A stretch of DNA of 64,000 nucleotides from a virus (lineage: Duplodnaviria; Caudoviricetes). Below are positions 57,773-64,000 of the stretch, in pieces. Position 1 is the stretch's first letter; the number at the start of each line of letters is the position of its first letter. The position numbers and the translations under genes are program-made. A model generated the notes under the pieces. The model saw only the letters and a program-made list of their open reading frames with translations. It did no database searches and was not told where the DNA came from. The DNA is taken from IMG/VR virus record IMGVR_UViG_3300013108_000151, positions 882-64,881 of that record; one strand, written 5' to 3'.

Positions 57773-58153
57773 TTAAAATCCTAGTTCTAGTTGGGCCAGT
57801 TCGCTCGCTAATTTTGGCCCAAATGTTGGTTGAAATGACAATTCAACTTTAACAGTATTTATACCTTCAACTTTTTCAACTGCCTCTTTTACCCATTTTG
57901 GCATTTCGCCTGCTACTGGGCAGAAAGCACTAGTTAATGTCATTATAATATCAACGTTATTGTCGTTGTCAACATCCATTTTATATATAAGTCCTAAGTC
58001 ATGTACGTTTATGTGTATCTCTGGGTCATGTACTGTTCTTAGTGCTTCTTTAATTAGTTGTGCTTGTTTGATATTACCATTAGTTGTGACCCAATCAAAT
58101 GTCATATCTTCGCTTCTATATCTATTGTATACGTCTGGTTGTTTCTCAGTCAA
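57773..58153 (-). CDS. DUF59/SufT Fe-S assembly protein
   Basis: VHDPEI..LGLIY, MTLTSAFCP. Confidence 0.88.
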   Translation of the reverse strand: MTEKQPDVYNRYRSEDMTFDWVTTNGNIKQAQLIKEALRTVHDPEIHINVHDLGLIYKMDVDNDNNVDIIMTLTSAFCPVAGEMPKWVKEAVEKVEGINTVKVELSFQPTFGPKLASELAQLELGF

Positions 58154-58469
58154 TATGGTTTACTTTTACAACTAGGCTATCTGATTCTACACCACGTAAT
58201 TCACATTGGCAACCTAGTCTGCTCTTTCCTTCTACCATGTCAGGAGCATAGTCTAACAAATCTAATTCACTTAGGTCTGTTGCTTGTCCTATGATTTCAC
58301 TTCCTTTTTCTACTACTACATGGCAAGTAGCACAAATACAAGAACCTCCACAATCACCCCAAGGTTCCCCTTTGAAGTGATCGTAGAGTGCGATCATTAT
58401 GTTGTCGTTGTCTGTGTATTCCACATCAAACTCTCTGCCTGATCTTGTAATACACTTGAACGTTTTCAT
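58146..58469 (-). CDS. fdx: 2Fe-2S ferredoxin (ISC/adrenodoxin type)
   Basis: CGGSCICATCH, SRLGCQ. Confidence 0.9.
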   Translation of the reverse strand: MKTFKCITRSGREFDVEYTDNDNIMIALYDHFKGEPWGDCGGSCICATCHVVVEKGSEIIGQATDLSELDLLDYAPDMVEGKSRLGCQCELRGVESDSLVVKVNHID

Positions 58470-58471
58470 AA

Positions 58472-58630
58472 TTAACCTTTTGTCAATACTTGATAAGCAC
58501 CGTAGGCTATTGCGGCATAGGCGGCGATGTTAATCCAACTGCCCATAAACAAAATAACCAAACCCACAGCAACTAATCCTAGTCCACCATGAGATGCTTT
58601 TTCTTTAAGTCTATCTGTGATAAAATCCAT
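58472..58630 (-). CDS. 52-aa 2-TM protein
   Basis: AGGAGG RBS; MDFITDRLKEKASHGGLGLVAVG... Confidence 0.6.
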   Translation of the reverse strand: MDFITDRLKEKASHGGLGLVAVGLVILFMGSWINIAAYAAIAYGAYQVLTKG

Positions 58631-58671
58631 ATCGGACCTCCTTTATTGTGTGGCTGTTGTGCCACATTAAA

Positions 58672-59322
58672 TTAAGCATTTTCTAAGACCTTCCTAATGC
58701 TTAAAACTTTTTTCTTTACCAAATCCGTATAAATTGGATTTGTACTCCAGTTGTTTAGGAGTTCTATCTGTTTATTGATATCGATGGAATTTGATTCTAA
58801 TTGATGGCTTCTTTCTTCTCTGAACAATTCATAAGCATGATGATTGTTTATAGTACTTATCATGTGTTTAACTGAATCGCACTTGGTTTTGTATGCTCTT
58901 ACACCCCATTTTACATCTGGATTTCCTAGTGGTTTTAATTGAGGTATTGATTCATCCCATGTTCTAATACCAAATAAGTTATTACCTTCGTTAGCAAATC
59001 TACTTTTACCATAGCCTGATTCTAATACAGCCATTGCTATGATAATTTCTCTGTGTATTCTTTTCTCAGGAACTATGCTTAAATTAACATAATCAATACA
59101 TCTTCCTACTGCTAATACAAACTCTTTATTGTTTGAGTATTCAATTGATGGTGCTTGGAATCCAAAATCATTCCATTGTTTTAATGTTTCTTGTTGGTAT
59201 GATGTTTTTATTTTATCTATTATATAATAATTAGGATAAAATGTTCCTACACCAAATGCTACTGCTACTGACAAAACTAATATAGCAATAGAAAGTACTA
59301 TTACTTTTAATTTCTTTTTCAT
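58672..59322 (-). CDS. membrane-anchored GH73 glucosaminidase (Bax/FlgJ-like)
   Basis: N-terminal TM; AVLESGYG, NNLFGI, WSTNPIY. Confidence 0.82.
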   Translation of the reverse strand: MKKKLKVIVLSIAILVLSVAVAFGVGTFYPNYYIIDKIKTSYQQETLKQWNDFGFQAPSIEYSNNKEFVLAVGRCIDYVNLSIVPEKRIHREIIIAMAVLESGYGKSRFANEGNNLFGIRTWDESIPQLKPLGNPDVKWGVRAYKTKCDSVKHMISTINNHHAYELFREERSHQLESNSIDINKQIELLNNWSTNPIYTDLVKKKVLSIRKVLENA

Positions 59323-59330
59323 AAGTTAAT

Positions 59331-59786
59331 TTAAACTTTCTTTCCGGCCGTTTTTAGTTCGTCTTTTGACACAACCATATAAGGGCCTTTGTTATATGCT
59401 GGAACAATTGAATATTGTTTACTAATTTCTAAACGTTCTTGTTGTTCTTTCCAATTACGTTTTGTACCACCATTACCTGGAATACTATTTGTACTCTTAG
59501 GTGTTGATGTTATACTAGGAACAATTTGTGTTTCTCTAACTTTTGGCAACGGAGCCGGTGCTTTTTTAATTACTTGGTTAGTAGAACGTGGCTTGTGATA
59601 ACCTTGTACATAATCTATATATTCATCTACTGTCATTTGTAGATTATGTAAATGCTTTTGCCTCATACGTTTATTGTATTGCTTAACTTCAATCTTCATG
59701 TCCTCTCTTTGCTTAACAGAAAGAACTTTACGTTTACGAGAACGTGTATTCAACGAGGTCATGCCTCGTACTAAACCCATTGTCAT
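59331..59786 (-). CDS. basic hypothetical protein
   Basis: PAYNKGPYMVV C-terminus. Confidence 0.6.
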   Translation of the reverse strand: MTMGLVRGMTSLNTRSRKRKVLSVKQREDMKIEVKQYNKRMRQKHLHNLQMTVDEYIDYVQGYHKPRSTNQVIKKAPAPLPKVRETQIVPSITSTPKSTNSIPGNGGTKRNWKEQQERLEISKQYSIVPAYNKGPYMVVSKDELKTAGKKV

Positions 59787-59787
59787 A

Positions 59788-60045
59788 TTAAGATTTCTTT
59801 GCTAGATTAAATTCTACTGGTTCAAACTTATCTTCACTATTGGAATCAAAGTTCATCTTAGACATACCAAAATCTGTAGGTGCCATTGTATCTTCAAACT
59901 GTTTAAACTCTGCTAATTTATAATCTAACATATTGTTTAAGATTTTAAGAATGGCTTGTTTGTTTTGGATATCGTTAGAAGAACCTGGAGCAAGTAATTT
60001 AATAACTTTTTCCAGGTCCTCAATGTCTTTTAAAGTGTCTATCAT
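59788..60045 (-). CDS. hypothetical protein
   Basis: ~85-aa ORF. Confidence 0.5.
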   Translation of the reverse strand: MIDTLKDIEDLEKVIKLLAPGSSNDIQNKQAILKILNNMLDYKLAEFKQFEDTMAPTDFGMSKMNFDSNSEDKFEPVEFNLAKKS

Positions 60046-60057
60046 ACCCAACCCCAA

Positions 60058-60507
60058 TTAGAATTGGTGTATGTAGTCAACTGTATAACCTTTACCATCT
60101 ACCATAAAAGTTAAAGTTGAATGAGAATAAACTTCTACTGAAGTTTCTTTATACCTAGTTTCAATACCACAATGTGTACCTGTAGTAGTATGACCAGGCT
60201 TGTTTTTGTTTGCCATATCAGCACCAATGATAGCACCTAAAATAGTAGCGGCATCGTTACCTTTACCTTTACCAATTTGGTTACCAATAATACCACCGAT
60301 AATAGCACCACCTAGTACATCACCTGAACTAGCACCACCTGAGTGTGTAGTAACTTCCCTACATACTTCTACATTATAAGGAACTTGTTGAATCACAGTC
60401 TTATAGTGATGGTATACATTTGGTCTTTCAACGTTACCTGCCATTGCTGACGTAGTAACAAACATTACCATAATACCAGCAACTAAAGTTTTAATCATAT
60501 TCTTCAT
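60058..60507 (-). CDS. exported glycine-zipper 2TM protein
   Basis: signal peptide; GGAIIGGIIGNQIGKG..ATILGAIIG. Confidence 0.8.
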   Translation of the reverse strand: MKNMIKTLVAGIMVMFVTTSAMAGNVERPNVYHHYKTVIQQVPYNVEVCREVTTHSGGASSGDVLGGAIIGGIIGNQIGKGKGNDAATILGAIIGADMANKNKPGHTTTGTHCGIETRYKETSVEVYSHSTLTFMVDGKGYTVDYIHQF

Positions 60508-60553
60508 CTTCGTCTCCTTTTTATTATTTGTTGTTATTAACATTTATACATAT

Positions 60554-60602
60554 ATAATAGCATCTTTCGGCCAAATTGTCAACCTTTTTCACGTCTTTTT
60601 TG
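60554..60602 (-). promoter_or_regulatory. early promoter with upstream AAAAGACGTGA element
   Basis: TTGACA-17nt-TATTAT plus shared upstream motif. Confidence 0.7.
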
Positions 60603-60640
60603 GGTGTGTAAACCATTGATTTTACTAGGTTTTTTAGAGA

Positions 60641-61408
60641 TTATTCAGATTTTATCTCTAAATCACGGAAAAACCACCAATAATTTTCATCATTTTCGGT
60701 GTTTGGAATGGTTTTTGTGTCCAAATATACCAGCATATCTTTCCAAGTTTGGCCATTAGGATCATCATAATCCATATATGGGTATTCTTTAGTATCTCTA
60801 ACTGGTTGGTTAAAACTTTCAAATTGTATGTTGTTTTTTAACCCTGTATGTATTAGTAAACTTCCTGTGTGTTCTTTTAAATTACCAACCACACCATCTT
60901 TATGCTTCAACCAAAGTGGAGTATAATGATTGTGATGATTCTCTACACTTCGTTCAAATGCTGACCATTCTGTTCTATCAATACTAGGTCTAAAACCAGG
61001 CAAAACTTCACCATTTCTAAGTTTAATCTCATTATACATTTCTGTTATATTAACAAAGTAGCAACTGTTAAACATTCTCAAATAAAATCCTTCGTCTGTT
61101 CTATCTATCATATGTCCTATTGCCCACCAAATTTTATCCTTGGTTTGCTCTAATACTAATTCAAATGTTTTGTTAGGCTCTAGGAATATATGCCCAGTAC
61201 TAATAACACAGGCGATATCAATATTGTCTTTGTTTTTATCTATGTGTTTCCATATCTGTTTTTGTCTATAATCCTCATTTGGAAATGCCACTACTTCTGA
61301 GTCTGGATACATTAGTTTAGCATTCTCTACTGTATGATTAAACAATCGAGTTGTAAGTTCGTTTTCTTTATATGGGTTATTAACATATATTGTTAGTTTA
61401 CGTTTCAT
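60641..61408 (-). CDS. hypothetical protein
   Basis: 255-aa ORF; RSVENHHNHYTPLW. Confidence 0.6.
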   Translation of the reverse strand: MKRKLTIYVNNPYKENELTTRLFNHTVENAKLMYPDSEVVAFPNEDYRQKQIWKHIDKNKDNIDIACVISTGHIFLEPNKTFELVLEQTKDKIWWAIGHMIDRTDEGFYLRMFNSCYFVNITEMYNEIKLRNGEVLPGFRPSIDRTEWSAFERSVENHHNHYTPLWLKHKDGVVGNLKEHTGSLLIHTGLKNNIQFESFNQPVRDTKEYPYMDYDDPNGQTWKDMLVYLDTKTIPNTENDENYWWFFRDLEIKSE

Positions 61409-62334
61409 AGTTTCCTTGCTAAATTAAATATAGGATCGAAGTAACTAGCAACTAGTTTAAATCCTTCAAAGTTTAAATGACAATTATCGTTAGGTCTCAA
61501 AAATTTTGATATATGTTTATCTTTTGGAGATTTTTCATTTGCCCATTTTAAAAGATATGTTTCATTAATTATGTTTTCTTTAAGGAAGTCAACATCGCTA
61601 CTAGGAAAATTATCGTAAAATCCTTGACCGTTATATTCATTACCGTGTTTTGTTGTTACAGGTTTATCCCATTGATAAAATTTAACTTGTTTTCCTTTGC
61701 TTGTTAAGTAACCATGTATTAGTTTTAATATACTAACAACATGCTTTTGTCTTGCTTCATATGAATAAGTATTCATAAATTTAATTATAGGCCTTTGATC
61801 TTTTTTCGAAGCACGATCATAAACTTCCCAATGAAACTGCTGGTTTAAATCTTTGTCATCTAGCATTGCCCAAGCATTATCAATTGTTGGTACTCTATTA
61901 TATGTTTTGTCAATGTTTAGTAATTGGCCGTCTTGGTATATTTGTAGTGGATAAAAGTTTTCGTATTCAGTTAAGTACCTATCATCTACAAGCCATGATA
62001 GTCTTAAATAATTAGGTATTTCGATACAGTATACATCAGGACTATAGTTTTCTTCAGTAAATATTACCCTTTCAGGCCACACATCAATACCACTGCCAGA
62101 TGAACTTATATTATAAAGTTTAAATTTAGGGTTTTGTTTTGATAGTTCTTGTATTAAGTTTCTTCCGTCTATTAGTGTAGCAAAGTTGTTACCATCGTAT
62201 GTGGACCAGTTTTCTAACTTATAAGTTTTAGGATCATGCTTTCCGAATTCTCTAGTCAATCTAGTTTTTGGTTTTGGTATTTCACCTTCTAGGTTAAGAT
62301 ACGAAGAGCCAACAAATGCTATTTTTTTAGCCAT
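61405..62334 (-). CDS. divergent SGNH-like protein, paralog C
   Basis: FVGSSY, YNISSSGSG, YSPDVYCIEI, DNCHL..YFDPIF. Confidence 0.65.
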   Translation of the reverse strand: MAKKIAFVGSSYLNLEGEIPKPKTRLTREFGKHDPKTYKLENWSTYDGNNFATLIDGRNLIQELSKQNPKFKLYNISSSGSGIDVWPERVIFTEENYSPDVYCIEIPNYLRLSWLVDDRYLTEYENFYPLQIYQDGQLLNIDKTYNRVPTIDNAWAMLDDKDLNQQFHWEVYDRASKKDQRPIIKFMNTYSYEARQKHVVSILKLIHGYLTSKGKQVKFYQWDKPVTTKHGNEYNGQGFYDNFPSSDVDFLKENIINETYLLKWANEKSPKDKHISKFLRPNDNCHLNFEGFKLVASYFDPIFNLARKL

Positions 62335-62345
62335 TCAATGGCTCC

Positions 62346-62876
62346 TTAGTGTACAGTTTTAGATGCGATGTCTTCTGGAAGAACGGTTGTTTCAACTTTA
62401 TTTCTAGTTTGATAAATGTGTGCGATAATTTGATCATATTCTTCTTGAGGTAGTATTGTTCTATAAAGTTTCATAGCCTCTGCCACTAACGGTCCAGCAA
62501 TTACTAATCCACTTGTTGTTGATAAATGTCTTACAATTAGTGCTTCGAGTTCTGTTTGAAACATAATCATAGCATCACTTTTTGCTTCAGGATCATCAAA
62601 GTCATAATCTATTTCGCGATGTCTTAATAAAAATTCATCTTCTTGTAGTAGTTTTAGTCCACTTTGATCTTGGCTTCTTTTTTCTTCTTCTAATTCTTTT
62701 AATGCTTGTTGGTCATCTTCGAATTGCTTTATTTCTTCGAATCGTTTTTCTTGTTGTTGTTTTGCTTTTTCAGAAAGGAATACCTTAAATGATTCTGGAT
62801 CTCTCCCTAACAACCTGTCACTAAACTGTAGTAATATTCTGGCTGTGTTTAATTTAAGTTTTTCTTTCCAGTTCAT
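62346..62876 (-). CDS. hypothetical protein
   Basis: 176-aa helical ORF. Confidence 0.55.
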   Translation of the reverse strand: MNWKEKLKLNTARILLQFSDRLLGRDPESFKVFLSEKAKQQQEKRFEEIKQFEDDQQALKELEEEKRSQDQSGLKLLQEDEFLLRHREIDYDFDDPEAKSDAMIMFQTELEALIVRHLSTTSGLVIAGPLVAEAMKLYRTILPQEEYDQIIAHIYQTRNKVETTVLPEDIASKTVH

Positions 62877-62880
62877 TATA

Positions 62881-63048
62881 TTATTTATTCAAATTTTTCT
62901 TAGCCATTGCTTTTTCAGTTTTCTTGTAGATTTTATAGGCAATCTTGGCGGCTTTCCTACGTTCTTTTCTACTGTGTTCTACAGGCTTGGGACCAACATC
63001 TTGTGGAGATTTTTCCCATCCGTACATAAACTCGCCAACTCTTGCCAT
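62881..63048 (-). CDS. 55-aa basic protein
   Basis: MARVGEFMYGWEK...; abuts both neighbours. Confidence 0.55.
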   Translation of the reverse strand: MARVGEFMYGWEKSPQDVGPKPVEHSRKERRKAAKIAYKIYKKTEKAMAKKNLNK

Positions 63049-63049
63049 A

Positions 63050-63193
63050 TTATTTTCCTTGTCCTCTATATTTTTTATAAACTCTACGTTTGGATTTATT
63101 CATTGAACTTGTTTTAATCATGCTATGATTGTGACCAATTGAGGTCTTTTTTCGCAATCCTATATGAGTAGATTGCTCTTTTGACTTTGCCAT
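63050..63193 (-). CDS. 47-aa very basic protein
   Basis: AGAAAGGA RBS; KKTSIG..KTSSMNKSKRRVYKKYRGQGK. Confidence 0.65.
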   Translation of the reverse strand: MAKSKEQSTHIGLRKKTSIGHNHSMIKTSSMNKSKRRVYKKYRGQGK

Positions 63194-63405
63194 ATATCCT
63201 TTCTATTAGCATGAGGCTAATAAGGTATAATAGTGACCCCCTAAGTTCTCCTTACTCAATCGAACCGTTCTCCGTCCTATTATTGATAGTTCCTGCCAGT
63301 TTCCGATCTGTTCAGCCCACATAACAAATAGCGAACTTTTAACTATCTTTCCAATTCGTGTAGTAGTACTTATTAAGTACTACTATAATTTACCATTTTA
63401 CTACG

Positions 63406-63618
63406 TTAAAATTCGTAATCTGGTTCATCTGCTTTGTAACTTGTACAAACATACAACAATGCTTTTCGAGCCTGTTTAACATTGGCTCCTTTGACATTAC
63501 GAAGAATAAAGCGAATTGCTTTATCTTTTCCTAACTGTAGACCATACACGGCTTCAGTTGCCGCATTTTCTAATGCTTCAGTTTTTTGTTCTATTTGTTT
63601 TGTTGTAAGACTTGTCAT
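63406..63618 (-). CDS. hypothetical early protein
   Basis: GAGG RBS, 70 aa. Confidence 0.55.
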   Translation of the reverse strand: MTSLTTKQIEQKTEALENAATEAVYGLQLGKDKAIRFILRNVKGANVKQARKALLYVCTSYKADEPDYEF

Positions 63619-64000
63619 TGTTCTTTCCTCTTATATACAATGATAAAAATAAATTCCTATTACACCTGCTTGGTAATAATAGAAACGATGCGATCGGCTG
63701 ACAGTTGCGGAAAAATTTGTTCAGCAGATTTAATAGCACGGGCAACACTTTCTTTTTCAGTAGAGCCGTCCCATGATTCAAGTGACTCAATTTTAGAGCC
63801 TGTTTGTACTTCAATTGTTGTTATAAACATATTAGCCTTTCTTTGTTTGTATTATTGTTTAATATAACATCTTTTAAATATTTGTCAACCACTACTTGAT
63901 CAAAATCATCAGTGGATAGTCATTGCCACCAATGCTGTCCAAGGTGAAGGCTTCATATTCTGAGCCCCAACTGACACCGTTGAAAAGGTCCTTGCGAACT

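Noticed and set aside
63285-63355. Canonical glycine riboswitch
   Set aside because: Only partial resemblance; the CUCUCAGG core is altered and the downstream gene is unrelated, so it is kept only as an unknown structured leader
937-63867. Many short antisense ORFs in the six-frame track (e.g. 937-1212, 19656-20120, 26384-26782, 57146-57529)
   Set aside because: They lie opposite well-supported genes, show Ser/Leu/Phe-rich shadow composition and lack an RBS
1-64000. CRISPR array, integrase/transposase, intein or rRNA
   Set aside because: No regularly spaced repeats or matching motifs seen; the polymerase is uninterrupted
1-64000. Stop-codon reassignment
   Set aside because: Genes are full length and tightly packed under code 11, with TAA, TAG and TGA all used as stops; no suppressor tRNA found

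Overview
This is a 64-kb segment of an AT-rich, T4-related large marine tailed phage, with genes mostly on the - strand. Small genes resembling Pelagibacter proteins and an alphaproteobacterial-type CCA enzyme suggest an alphaproteobacterial host, possibly SAR11 (inference). Core functions present: family-B DNA polymerase, sliding clamp, clamp loader, a lysis cassette (GH19 endolysin, spanins, holin-like), baseplate and fibre genes, two tRNAs, sigma70-type early promoters and a TAA(A/G)TAC late-promoter motif. Auxiliary genes include peroxiredoxin, PhoH, MazG, peptide deformylase, ClpA/ClpP, DnaJ, GroES, IscA-SufT-ferredoxin and a flavin halogenase. Four candidates stand out. (1) At 14.8-22.5 kb, a block of proteins carries T4-internal-protein-like capsid-targeting N-termini and repeated hydrophobic-x-E cleavage-like junctions; cargo includes a HAD + RegB-like RNase + CCA-adding polyprotein and an HxGH nucleotidyltransferase. 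(2) A folE, QTMAN-like glycosyltransferase, queD-like and TGT/DpdA-like cluster with nucleotide-sugar genes lies beside the polymerase, suggesting a sugar-decorated modified base. (3) An unannotated ~230-nt pseudoknotted RNA candidate lies downstream of a late promoter. (4) A + strand operon encodes a membrane-anchored protease, SbmA, an ExbB/ExbD-like motor and ClpP. All calls come from motif reading only; no searches were run.
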